Shown here piece by piece: positions 51,430 to 64,000 of a DNA stretch of 64,000 bases; position 1 is the first letter of the stretch; every line of letters begins with the position of its first letter. The stretch is taken from contig CM022674.1 in NCBI GenBank assembly GCA_012295275.1, forward strand, positions 10,044,001-10,108,000, given 5' to 3'. The position numbers and the translations under genes are program-made. Origin of the DNA: Chrysomallon squamiferum (taxonomy: Eukaryota; Animalia; Mollusca). The notes beneath the pieces are model-generated. The model saw nothing but the letters and a program-made list of their open reading frames with translations, ran no database searches and was not told the DNA's origin.

Positions 51430-53509
51430 CAGATAAATATAAATGATATAGATATAATCATATATATATTATTATATGCACATAATATATATATATATAT
51501 ATGAATAAAGCGTGTTTTATATCATAAGTAACCTAGAATAACATAAGAACTTATCTTATATAAAGTTAATTTAAATTATTACAAACCACCACGAACGAGA
51601 TACTGAAAGTTAGCTGTCTAAAATCAAATAAAATGTTCGTATCGTTTGTGATTTAATTTCCTCCTTTTACTTAATGGCACAAAACTTTTAGGTTTCCAAA
51701 ACAGAGCTAGCATCGGTTTGAAACGTTTCGTTGTTGTTGTTTAGTTACATAGGTAATGGAAGATATACTTAAAATTGTACAGTTCTCGAAATTTTTTGTC
51801 CTCAATAAAATATTTTGTTATTATTATTAAAAGCAGATGAAGTAGTAATGTACTAGTATAGTTGAATAGTAGTAGTAATATAGATCTTTTCTATTTTCTT
51901 TTATCGTTTTATTAACAACTATAATGATCAATATTCATGATTTCATTATGTAAAGTAACCTGACTTGGAGATCATTAAGGTAAATAAGATTTGTAATTTA
52001 TTTCCTTTCAGAACTTATTCACGACTGAGAATCTATGCAGTTTTCTGTAAACTATAAATACTGAAGATTATACGTTAATAAATGTATATTTAATATACAC
52101 TTAAAAGAAAGCCTGAAAGAAAATAATTCTCTAAGTTATCGGCTGTCAGTTGAAATAAGGTGTTCGAGGCAATCCTGTAATACCATTAAATAGAATTGTT
52201 TTTTTTTTTTTATTTTTTTTTTTTTTTTTTTTTTTTTTTTGTGAATTAAAGACACGATTTTATATATTTATATATAATGACAGCCGACAGCTTAGGGAAA
52301 TATTTTCTTCCATAATTGTTTTATTTTTAATGCTGGAATACCATTACCAAAACAACAAAAATAAATAAATAAATATATATATATATATTATCGCAGCAGA
52401 AAGATGCCACAGCCCTACTCATATGAAACGGAATGGAATTTATTTCATTTTGACTTATTTCTCTATCATACAGAAATTCTCATGGGCGTGTTCGACGTAA
52501 ATTCGATTTACGTCATCTGAGAAATCGCTAATAATTTAGGTAAAACTAGATGTTGTTTAAAATGATTATATCACTAGAACAAATCAGTATATAAATTATT
52601 ATCTTTGTTGTTGTTGTTTGCTTTTTTTTTTTTTTTTTTTTTTTTTTTTTCCGTTTGTTTTTGTTGACGATTTCACCCTGGTATCTCGAGATGTAGAAAA
52701 TTAGATAATATAATAGGTTTCAATCCCCGTTAATTCTCGCAGTGTTAATTAAAATACATTATGTTATTACTATCCAACCTATAACTGTTGGATTATCTAT
52801 TATTATAAAGTGAAGGAGGGCAAAACCAATTGGAATTTCGTTATTGAAAACTAATAGTTTTATATTAATATAATTCTTCTTCTTTTTTTTTTCAAAATAT
52901 TTTAGTTAAAAAACATAATAATAATACTAATAATAATTATAAAAAGAAAGAAAAGCAAAACAAAGAAAAATTAATAATCGCTGTTTTATTACTAATTTCG
53001 GAAAGAGAAAATAATCTATTGATTATTGATTATTTTCTCATTCGGAAATCAGTGTATATCGGTTTAGAGAATAGGCATAACATTATCTTAGCAATGATCC
53101 CCATTTGATGTAAACGATTATTAATATCAAAACCTTTATTTAAAAAACAACAACAAAAGAAAACAATGAAAGAAACAAAGAAAATTAATAATAGACTATT
53201 ACTGTTTCATTACTAATTTTAACTATGGAGAGAGAAAATTGTATATTACCCACTATGGTTAATAAAAATGTATTTCATAAACCAGTCATGGGGCACCAAC
53301 TAGATGGGAAAAGCAAATAGAAATATTATTACGTTTAACACTATGATTATGAAACGGTTATATCTCATTTGCGCTTCTCATTAGCTTCTCTGAAGCAGAC
53401 ATATTGAAATATGTGTTTGAGAAAATATAATTCATAAATAATAATCATGTATTTCAATAAAATAACAAACAAATGGATTATGTGTAAAAATTAAAATATT
53501 TATTCTGAA

Positions 53510-54043
53510 TTATTCAAAATATAACCCATAAATCATAGCAATTGCGAAAAGAGATGAGTTTGTAAATTTGACGCTTACAAAACAGTCTGTGTCTTTGTTC
53601 CACAGACAGCGACTTCCAAACTGCATGCCAACTTTTTCCTTAAGACCACCAATACTTACAATGGCAACTAATTTGTAATGACTGATAGCAAGAGCTTTAA
53701 TTTTTTCCATAATATTTCCAGCCAAAGTCTGTGATAAAACTATGCACGTGCTTGGGTCATAAACCACTTCCTTTAAGTTGTCCATTAGAACTTTTTCTGT
53801 AACATTCTCCAGCTCCTTTATTTTCAATGGAGTGTCCTTTTTTTGAGACGGATTTCCTTGTTTGCTTCTTTTTCCATAGCAGACTGGTTTCGGGGGAACC
53901 AGTGAGATGGGTGAGCAGAGTTGTTTAACAGGACTGCTTTGATCCAGAGGCGTCAAAAGATGTTTAGCATTTTTAGATCTTTGTTTTTTCTTCATGGTGT
54001 TACAGGCTCTGCTTGATTGTTTTGCTCTGTCCATCATACTCAT
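53510..54043 (-). CDS. Tctex1-domain dynein light chain-like protein (single coding exon, about 177 aa)
   Basis: C-terminal Tctex-1 domain: VLMDNLKEVVYDP...YKLVAIVSIG...SRCLWNKDTDCFVSVKFTNSSLFAIAMIYGLYFE*. First ATG at 54043 (the ORF track starts at an upstream TTG). Subfamily not assigned. Confidence 0.88.
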   Translation of the reverse strand: MSMMDRAKQSSRACNTMKKKQRSKNAKHLLTPLDQSSPVKQLCSPISLVPPKPVCYGKRSKQGNPSQKKDTPLKIKELENVTEKVLMDNLKEVVYDPSTCIVLSQTLAGNIMEKIKALAISHYKLVAIVSIGGLKEKVGMQFGSRCLWNKDTDCFVSVKFTNSSLFAIAMIYGLYFE

Positions 54044-55913
54044 ATTGAAATAAACAAAATTTCTTGTACAAAATGGCAAATCATATAACAATTGTCACCT
54101 AAGTATTTTCAGGTGAACAGCCACATAATGTTTCGAATGCTCCTTCAACAAAGAACAAATCAAACCTTTTAAAAGTTAATAAACAGATGAATTAAATACC
54201 ATCTTTTTATTATTAATTTTAATCCTGGATAGAAAGGAAAGGTCATTTGTTTGTGTTTTTTTTTTTTTTAAATCTCATTTATAGTTACCTTCTAAGTCAT
54301 TAAATAAAATACAAACATAACACCAATCAAAACCAAACATTGTGGAATCTGGATTTTTTTTCAACAGGAGTCATTTTTCTCTTCGGAAAAACTGACATGC
54401 TCAGAGAACAAAATAGGTGTTACTAGAAGAATTCAAGATCTAATAATTCACCTTGACATGTTGTGGGAGAAAAGTCAATGATGTAACATTATGCTGTATG
54501 TTATTTGGCTCAGAAATTCTATTAATGCCCAAAAGGTATTAATGAGATTATTTCTCAGTAAATATGAATAAGCTGGTTGTTAATACTTCTGATTAGCTGG
54601 TTTCAAAGCAACACAGGCTTGTTTCTCTGTAACAATAACAAAGGTTGAACCAATTAACATTGACTGTGTTTAATGACATACTAGCATATTTTGTTTTTTA
54701 CGTTTATGGAAATAGGATTTAGGAATGAGGGGTATGCTAAATTCCACAGGGCTGAATGGTGTATGAAGGATACAGTATTGTAGTTTTATTTTAATTATTT
54801 TATTATTTTTTCTCTCTCTTTTTACTTTTATTATTATTATTTTTTTATATTATTATTTATTATTTCTTCCCTTTTTTTTTTCTTCTTTTTTTTCAAAAAA
54901 TGCATTTTTCTTATTGTGAGCAGATAACAGAAGTAGTATTGAATTATTTCTGTGGAAATTGGGACGAACCCACACATAAACATTTCAAACTAACAATAAA
55001 TCATCCAATCAGAATAAATTTGGAATGTGAATCAATATTTAAGATTATTTTGAATAGGCATTTTATTTATTTATTTATTTATTTATTTATTATTAGAAGT
55101 AGTAGTAGTAGTAGTCATAATTTATTTATTTATTTAAGCATTACGTGAGCTCCCATGAGAAAAGCCAAAAATTCGGTAATCAAATTTATTTAATTTCAAC
55201 AAATTCGTGAACAAAATTAAATTCCAAAATGAACTGGACAGCTGCTGATCATAGAAGAAGGCAAGAATAAAACCAGTAAAAAAAAATAGGCAAGAATAAA
55301 ACCAGTTGCAGAAAGACAAACCACTAAAACAAAAAACATAATAATAATAAAAATGAACAAAAACGAGCCTGACACATATATGTATTTTTCAGCAATAAAA
55401 ATATTTTCATAATATTGGCTGAATAAAAATTGCAAAAAATTAAATTAGTTTTTGCCTCATGACATATATGTTTGATTTTGGACACTTGTCATTATTCAGA
55501 TATATTCAGACCGGTGAATAAAAATATCAAATTGGACCGAAATGGAAAGAACAAGACCGACGAAATAGAACTTGTAGAGATGAAGACTATTTTATTACTA
55601 TGCCACCTCTTCATAATAACCTCTGTCTTTTTATTATTTTAAACTGTGTTTTGCTATAAATATACAAAGCTGTTTCAATTTAACATGGTCAACAATCAGT
55701 TATAGATTCGGAAGCTTTTTTCTTTAAATTAATTAATTTTTTTTATTTTAATTTTTTTTTTTTTTAATGACTCAACATCCCAAAACAAAAAGCTATCACA
55801 TTTTTCTTTCTTTTTCTGTTATTCAAATGGTATGCAAGGAAACATCTTGTAACTAAGGAAAAAATTCAAATCTATTAAGGAGAATGTTGTTTTAACTTTG
55901 TTTATTTATTTTC

Positions 55914-55958
<45 letters not shown>

Positions 55959-58900
55959 TAACTAAGTCAAACTTATTATCAATACTCCAGAATTTTTTTT
56001 AATTTCTTGATATTTACATTTCAGTTTGAATAAACAACAAACAATATAATTGTTAATATTTATTAACATAGTTTGACGGGTATCATATATACAAATCTTT
56101 AGAATAACAATCTTATAAAATATCAGAAATTTTCAGTAGATCACCATAATTTCACTTTCATAAAAAGAATGTATTGATTTCTTTAAAGTAAAATATGAAA
56201 AAAAAGAGTAAATGTCACCATTAACATTTGCTTTTAATCAAATTTTAAATAATGAACACTCTGTAGTCTGCAATGGACAGCTTAGTATAGAAAATTAAAT
56301 TCAGAGTAAAGCCACTGGTAAAAAAACAAAAAAAACTAATAATACATAAATTGATCTCTTTAATAATGCATATTTGGTTACAATTTGCAAAAAAATAAAA
56401 ATAATAAAAAATTGTATTGATTTTGTAAATAATTATGTATAAAGCATCAAAAAAAATAAAATAAAAATACTGCCAGTAAAAAGCAGAACTTTATATTCTG
56501 CACCAAATACTGATCTACATATGATAATTGCTTAGTAAAGGTATATTTAGGCCAAATAGGAGCCTTTTTATGTAAAAAAAAAATATTGTTTAGTTTTTGT
56601 AATTTCAGCACAATAATAAACATAAATGCCTTCTATGGCCAAATTAAAAATAGCGTAATCCGTTTTCTGTTATTTTATTATTTTTCTAGCAACATTTAGC
56701 CTAAGAATTCATATATATTTAGACTACTAAAAATTGTTTCCAATTCTTAGTCTGTCCCAATAGATATTTTTCTTTAATACCCCTCCCCCAAATGAAAAAT
56801 GTTTAAAAAATTATATATTTTTTCTCTATAAATGAAAGATAAATCCTAAGTTTTTAAATTAACTGAATTTATTTTTACTTAATTTCCCCACTCAAATTAA
56901 AAACAAATGTATTTGTGTAAATCTATTAAAATAATATATTATTAAAGTATTTATTAAATTTGCAAATATATAAAACAAACATCATAAATTATGAAAATGT
57001 GAAAAGTTAAAAATGTTAATATTTCTATTATCATAAAATCAGACTAAACAAAATACTTGAAATATGGCTTTGTAAGTTATTTTAAAAATATAAATAATTT
57101 TAATCAGTTTAAACTTAATAATAAAAAGAAACTAAAATGTAAGTTTCAAATGTGACCATGCTAACACAGAGGTTAATATGTATATATAAAAAAAAAAATG
57201 AACAAAAAATACCACATTTTGTACTGAACTGATGAAAATAAAAAAGTTTGAAAAATCTCTTACCTGAAATCCCTTACTTCAATTGTCAGCTTCCACACAC
57301 ACACACACACACACAAAAAGAAAGAAATTTCTATTATGTACACTTTATAATTTTTACTGAAATTTTTCTTACAAGTAAACTATTTAGATTAGGATGTGTC
57401 CAAGGATTTCAGATAAGGGATAATCAACCTCCTAAAAGAAAAGAAAGGAAAAAAAGGCACTGCCTCTCTGTGTGCACACACATACTCGCACACACACACC
57501 TACAGTATACATGTCATATTAACATGAAATATGGCACAGATCCAGCTGCAAAATATTACAGGAAAGAGAAAAAAAAGGGATGAAAATAAATATAAAAACA
57601 AGATACAACATTACTTTCACAGTATACTAACACCCAAAAAAACATAATCTGAGCTGTGTGGCAATCAATCTGAAAACTAACATAGTAATTTTAAAACTCT
57701 TTTATTTCTTACAGCCCTACAAGGTGTTGTTCACTTTACTGTTGTTCTTAACAGATCAAAGTCTTAAAATTATTTTTTGGGGTAAAAACCTGTTCTGAAA
57801 ACTCATATTTTTTAAAAACAATTACTAAATTAAATATATACTTTTACATTTTCTGTAATTTTAATTTAATACATTATAGATATTAATATAACAATCAGGT
57901 TTTATTTATATTATTCTTAAAACTATATTTTACATTAAGAACAGAAATATTTTTAACATTTACACAACACAGAAATGAATAGCACTTTTATAATTAGTTT
58001 AATGTGCACTTAACTATGGTACAATCTCAACATCTTTTTAAATTCCAAATGACTGGTTTTTGCTAAGAATATCTGATAATAAAAGCCTATGAATAAAAGC
58101 CATAAAAGTCACTCTGTCTTTGCAGTCAAATTCAATGTCTTTTCATACTTAACAAAAAATACAAATAAAATAAGTGTTTTCTCAACATTGGAAGTAATTT
58201 GTGGATTTGTGGGAGCTTTAGAAAGTTTAGAAAAATTCAAGCAGATGTGCTACACAAACTGAATAACAAAGCTATAATATTGTGCGATGAGCAATAAAGC
58301 CAGTATTCTGCTTCAGTTATAAATAAATATAAAATTGAGTCAATATATATATATATATTTGTTTTATCAATAGTCATTTCATTTGAATTGTAATCTAGCT
58401 GAGGTTATATTTGATAATGATAACTAAATTTCATAATCATTGCTGCATCATAGCTGAGTTTGATAATAGACGTATCATGTCATTTTTATCTTTAAATAAT
58501 CTATGGAAAAAAAAAAAAATTTTTTTTAAACATTATGATTCTGTTTTCATTAAGGCATCTGCCATACAAAATGTTTAATACTTGCTTTTAAACAGTAGAA
58601 TTTAAGAATATAGCCCATGAGTGGTAATAAAAATCTTAACTTGAAATTTGTCTGCCACATATTTATCTTTTGAAAGTATTAATTTCATGAGCAGGTCAAC
58701 CTATAAAAATAAAACAAATGTTTTTGTTTAACTGAGAAACAAGTCCAGAATAATTTTTAAAAAAATGATGACAATTTGTCTTTAAATGAAAACAGTGAAC
58801 ATCTATCTATATACAAATATTTTTATTTCTGTAGTTAAATGTAGGTTAATTCTAAAAGATATCAATGTGAATGCATGTAAATACAGATTTTAAATAATTA

Positions 58901-59887
58901 TTACAAATTTTTAGAATAAATATACTTAACAAAAAGTCCAAACAAAAGCAAGATAAACCCGTTTTCATGTGCTTGCACAGCTACTGATAAATCTGTGCAA
59001 AAATACCCTACTCTAGTTCCATTACCTCTTCCATTTGTTACAACACCAGAACATCTGCTACATAGTAGTAATGTATTATTCAAATTTTTCGCAGATGGTT
59101 TGGTTAAAAATTAAAATTTAAATCCTGATTTGGGAATAAAGCTAGAGAATTGCTGCAAAAGCTGCTAATACACAAAAATGCTGAAGGCCAAATTAAAATA
59201 AATAGTCATTCAAGTAAATGTGTACATATTCTTCTAATTACTATACAATTACTAATCTGACATGATTTATTTTTTAATTCAATCAGTGCATTTACCAGTG
59301 CAATAAATATAATACTCCGACAAGAAGATTTCATGGCACCTTTTTTTTTGCTATATTTTACATCTTTTTTTACAATTTCAAGATTTTTCATTATTATCAT
59401 TCTTTCTCCTTTTAATAGCAACAATTCCTCATTAAATAAAGGAATACAACTAAATTTAATTACGCTTTTGTCTTATCAGACATTATTGTCTTCTCAATAA
59501 GTGACAAACCATAATTAATATTTAAATATTTATATCAAATGATTAGCCTTTGTGACAGTTATTCACAAGAATGTGTTGTCAACTTCTTTTAATTTCTATT
59601 AAATCCTTTTATGTGTTGCACAAAACTTTCAATTATGTTTTATGTCTTAAATCAACTAATTACTGATTGTGCAGACAAAATAAAAAATTTCTATAACCAT
59701 ACTGTCTCCATTTCTACTGTTCATTAAATTTGTTACAGTATCATTTTAAATTTTTTCTTTTTATTGACTGACATTAATCATATAAATCTGAATTCTAAAA
59801 ATGACATAAATTTATAAAAATCTTTTACAAATACACACAGGGACATGTTAAAATGGGTGGGTAGTGTCTCATTTCACACATTAACTG

Positions 59888-62581
59888 CTATCTTTGTGCA
59901 CTGAAGCCTTTTGTTCCATCAGGTCCATATGGCTGACGACTTGCCTCATTATTTGACTGAATATTATTTTCAGTCTTTTTAACTAACATCATTGGTCTGA
60001 AAAAAGAAATAAAAGATTTAAGAAAAACAAATTAACTGATAATCAATAATTTAAGTGGATGTTAATGTGAGCAATGTAAAGACAATGCTCACCTGCTTTC
60101 TTCACTCTCCTTGTCATTCACAGCTTGCTCTTCTTGTGAATCTGCTGCTGCACCGAATATTCGTAGTCGAGCCTGAGCATATTCAGCTTCTCGTTGCTCT
60201 AAACTCTTCCCATGAAGATGTGACTGATTACTGAAAAAAACATTAACATAAGAAGATATATATTATTTCAAAATGATGATATTAAAGTTTGTGATGAAGA
60301 TGGATAAGCTATGAAACATCTATCAAGTATAGATATATTATTAACATACTAATTTAATTTTTATTGATACACTCTTGAGATTATCTAGTTTCTATATATA
60401 AAATAGAGAAAAGATAAAATAATGACAAATATTAACTAAATAAGTATTAATAATAATCCATAAACAAACTGCCTTTAATTAAAATATGCAAATAATTAAA
60501 GTTCTGTTTGACCATCCATAATATCCTTTTACAGGAAAACATGTGATGACAAACTTTTAAAGGCAGTTCTTACATTGTAAAGTTATGTTAATTAGTGGCA
60601 AAGATATGGCAAATTTTGTGTGATAAATTAACAGAGCTTTGAAAATGTTCCACTTGCATAGCTTTGCTTTTCTATTTGATTCTGCGATTTTCATAGACAT
60701 TCTGCAGTAATCTTATATATTTTGGGTTTAAATTTCAAGTAAAAGTTCTTTTTTTGAGAAGCAATATGTGGGTGGTTGCACATGACAGATGTTCCATTTG
60801 ATTAATACAGAGGTCACTGGGGGAGAACTTAAAATTTTGGGCTTGATTTCATAAGCACTAAACAGTCACAAAACACTTTCTTTGTTTTTAGAATTTAAAT
60901 ATAATTTACCTGTTAAAATTGGCTGGTGCTTTGTGTGAAGGATTATTTCCTTTTGAGGAAATAGGTTCACGCTTTAGGATTCTAACTTGTGGAGTGTATT
61001 CCGTTCTCCCACTGTCCTCACGTATATCAGACTGTGTATTGAACTGTCTAAACACAATTATGGCAACAGGAATTTGAAATTATTTATGTTAATACAGTTC
61101 CACATTTTCTTTAAATTTTTATCATTTTTTCAAATAATTTATCAGTATTTTAAATGAACATAAGTATCAATTCATAAATACAAGTTATCCTATTCATGTA
61201 AGAATAGAAGTTTTGGGTACATAAAGAAAAATCATAAAATAACAGTGGAAAATCAATTGCTTTCAGTCATCTAGCAGATGGTATACTTTGGACATAGTAA
61301 CAAGGTGGAATTTACAAATGTTATTATACAAAACAAAAAGAAGTAATTCTGAAGCTGATGAAGTAATTTTAATAAAATCTGATTTACAGTAAAAAGCAAA
61401 ATGATAAGTGAATTTTTCTAAATCAGCTACCACTCATTACACTTTGTTTGAAAAATTTAAAAGAACAATGACAAGTGGGAATTCCTTTTTTAAAATTACA
61501 GTTTACTGTATTAACCTAAAACATGAAGATGCTGATTTCACATTATGAAAAGATTGCAAAGATTAAGCAGATTATACTGTAATAAAGTTTTATTTAAAAA
61601 AGGAAATTATACTCAATGTAAATTGTAATTCATATATTCTCATTTTTACAACAAACCTAAAGTCAACTACTTACCCATCAGTTTTTTCTTGTGTTACTTG
61701 TATACCATCAAGCCGCTTGTCAAGTGCCTGAAAGACCAACAAGAACCTATGTAATTTATAAATCAAGATTTCTCTATTTGTATTGAGGGCAAGGCATTTT
61801 CCATTCATACATTAATGAAAGTTGCATTGATATGGCTAAAGCCCACTGAAGATAATGTGTTATTGCACTTTTATTCCATAAGAGGCAGCACAAATACAAT
61901 ATAAACAATACAATATACAAAACAAAAGAGCTAAACATATCTCACTATCAAGTGTAAAGAATTAAGAAGCATTCAAACTGTTTATTAAATTATTTTGAAA
62001 GATTTTACAATTTAAATAGATAAAAATATAATACAGAGGATGCAGAGTGTGGTACAGATATTCGATAAGACGGTTCCTAATCTTTGACAGAAAAGGTCAA
62101 AAAGCATTACGTGAAGTTATACATATGAAATATTCTCTAAGTTATAATGATAATCATAATCAGATAATGTGTACTAAAAACATCACAACTCCAAAAGTTT
62201 GAAAACTCCGGAGGCTTTCAGGGCAATTCGGTGCACTCCGGTGCGTCAGTCAGTCACACCGGATAAAATATATCGATGTAGATAATCTTTAAACATAATA
62301 ACTTAATCAGCTGACCGAGTTGTTCAATACTTATACTGACAATACGGTGAATACCAATACTGCAATAGAATAGTCACTTCCCACTTTTTGTTGGCATGTA
62401 AAGGTTATTATCCGACTCCTTTTTAATGTGGAATTGTCATTTGGCAATCTGTTTTATAACTAGAGGCTTACATTATCTGTATTGTTCAATTTAAAAGTTT
62501 TTGATAGATAATCAAATGGTTACGCACACCACTGTCTTCTTGGTCTTCCCAACTGTCAAGAACGTCACATTCGTCCGCCAT
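59888..62581 (-). CDS. SZRD1: SUZ RNA-binding domain-containing protein 1
   Basis: Exons 62581-62528 (MADECDVLDSWEDQEDSG), ~61727-61675, ~61027-60910 (PQVRILKR), ~60230-60093 (KSLEQREAEYAQARLRIFG) and ~59996-59888 (SUZ-C RQPYGPDGTKGF). Confidence 0.92.
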
Positions 62582-62918
62582 TGCTGCACCAATTCTCTAC
62601 TTCCGTTGCGTCATAAATTAACGGTTTCACCTACATGAAAATAGTAAATAATTAAAAGCATATAAAATGATGTGTGATATCTTTTCTGAAGTAATTGTAA
62701 ATAATACATTTATCTTTCTATTTCAAGCTGACTGAAATAAATAAATGATATGTAAAAACTAGTTATACTTGCCTACAGCTTAAATAAATTGCAACACATA
62801 TAAAACGACAAAGGATTTCGATGAATAATATATAATAAATGTAAATTTTAATTTATAAGAAACTGATTTTATTTTTTAATTATATGCAATTTGTCTGTAT
62901 AAATATTATTATAGATCG

Positions 62919-62956
<38 letters not shown>

Positions 62957-63231
62957 ACACCCATACACGTATGTATGTACTACTGATTATCATTATCATT
63001 ATGTAGTATGTATCATTGTACGTATGTAATATAATAAATATTTGATTTTACTTCTTTCTTTTTACTTCTTAAAAAAAAAAATTCGTGTTTTATTTAATAA
63101 TTAATCTACAAATATAACTATAAATAATTGGTCTATATATATTATGCAGTGATACATTTAAAAGCAGTCGAATCCTATTCCAGCATCTTTCAAAAGATAT
63201 TTTTAATGAAAAGAAGAAAAAGGAAAAAAAA
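62582..63231. promoter_or_regulatory. Probable bidirectional promoter SZRD1/TTC36
   Basis: Divergent ATGs about 650 bp apart; ETS-like ACTTCCG and CGTCA next to the SZRD1 start. Confidence 0.5.
62920..62953. repeat. (GT)n microsatellite
   Basis: Direct reading. Confidence 0.95.
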
Positions 63232-64000
63232 ATGTCAGAACCGAAACAGGCTAAAATTGAAGGACATTCGTCAGTATCACAACGCGATAAAGCTATTTTA
63301 AATCAGTTGTTTAATCCTAATTTGCCATACGGAGACGTTGACGACGAATGCGTTGAAACAGGAGAAGGTCAGGTTACTTAACCTTTTTACTCACCGATTA
63401 CAAATTTAATTGTATACAACACTAATATAGTATTATATTATATATACTATATAGTAATACTACAGTCAACACTCCAGTGTTAAAAGTGTACACGTTCATT
63501 GATTTAATCCGTTACTCTTCACTGTCTAAGTCTTCAGTTCAGCAGTTTAGATTCAGCACATAAATATGATGATATTTCATAATAATTCTTAAAATTAAAT
63601 AATCAAATAACAGGCAAGTAGTTTAAATACATTTAAAACATTATGTGAAAAACAGTAATTTTATATATGACCTAAATATCACTGCTTCAGTCCTTGTGTT
63701 GGACTACTTAGTGTCTTTAATCGCTGTTAATAAGGCAAGTAATTTTACCACCTACTATGATTAAATATTCTGGTACAGTATACTGCCTTTTATAAAATAT
63801 CATATTTAACTGTATAATTTTAGATAATGGAGAAACTGAGGAACAGAAACATGCCAAAGCAATAGAAGTGCAAGGGGTGCGGGCTGCTGAGAGTGGAGAC
63901 ATTCAGACTGCCATTGATCTGTTCAACAAAGCCATTACTGTAGCTCCAGACTGGGCGTCTGCTTACAATAACAGGGCACAGGCTTTACGTCTGAAAGGAG
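63232..64000 (+). CDS. TTC36: Tetratricopeptide repeat protein 36 (5' part, truncated by window)
   Basis: Exon 63232-63367 ([18 protein letters not shown]) and exon 63824-64000 ([47 protein letters not shown]). Confidence 0.88.

Noticed and set aside
52120-52306. Imperfect inverted repeat of about 28 bp around a poly(T) tract
   Set aside because: Short and degenerate; probably an old MITE remnant with no further support.
54900-59424. Several 60-111 aa ORFs between the Tctex1 gene and SZRD1
   Set aside because: Low-complexity AT-rich sequence with no recognisable domain or consistent splice structure; likely UTR or intergenic.
1-64000. Prokaryotic features (CRISPR arrays, operons, defence systems), tRNA or rRNA genes
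   Set aside because: The sequence is spliced eukaryotic DNA; no regularly spaced repeats or recognisable structural RNA genes were seen by eye.

Overview
AT-rich, intron-rich eukaryotic (metazoan) genomic DNA, probably from an invertebrate such as a mollusc (inferred from gene style, not verified). Most ORF-track entries are spurious or single exons, so gene models were rebuilt by hand from GT-AG splice sites. Left part (1-27 kb): a minus-strand tandem array of small kinase-less adaptor genes, each with a RHIM-type amyloid motif, an acidic linker and a C-terminal death domain (IMD/RIPK1-C-terminus-like). Three copies are complete (2.7-5.3, 14.9-17.8 and 24.5-26.4 kb). One has open exons but no start exon found (10.1-12.2 kb). 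One is a deletion-riddled chimera (6.6-8.0 kb), and the upstream region of a probable further copy lies at the left edge. The RHIM core differs between copies (VQIG, IQIG, LQIG, KQIG, FQHG), and canonical ISRE motifs lie upstream of some copies. Right part (28-64 kb): housekeeping genes RER1(-), PUSL1(+), DIS3L2(-), a Tctex1-domain gene(-), SZRD1(-) and the start of TTC36(+). Also present: DNA-transposon derivatives, LINE RNase H fragments and microsatellites.
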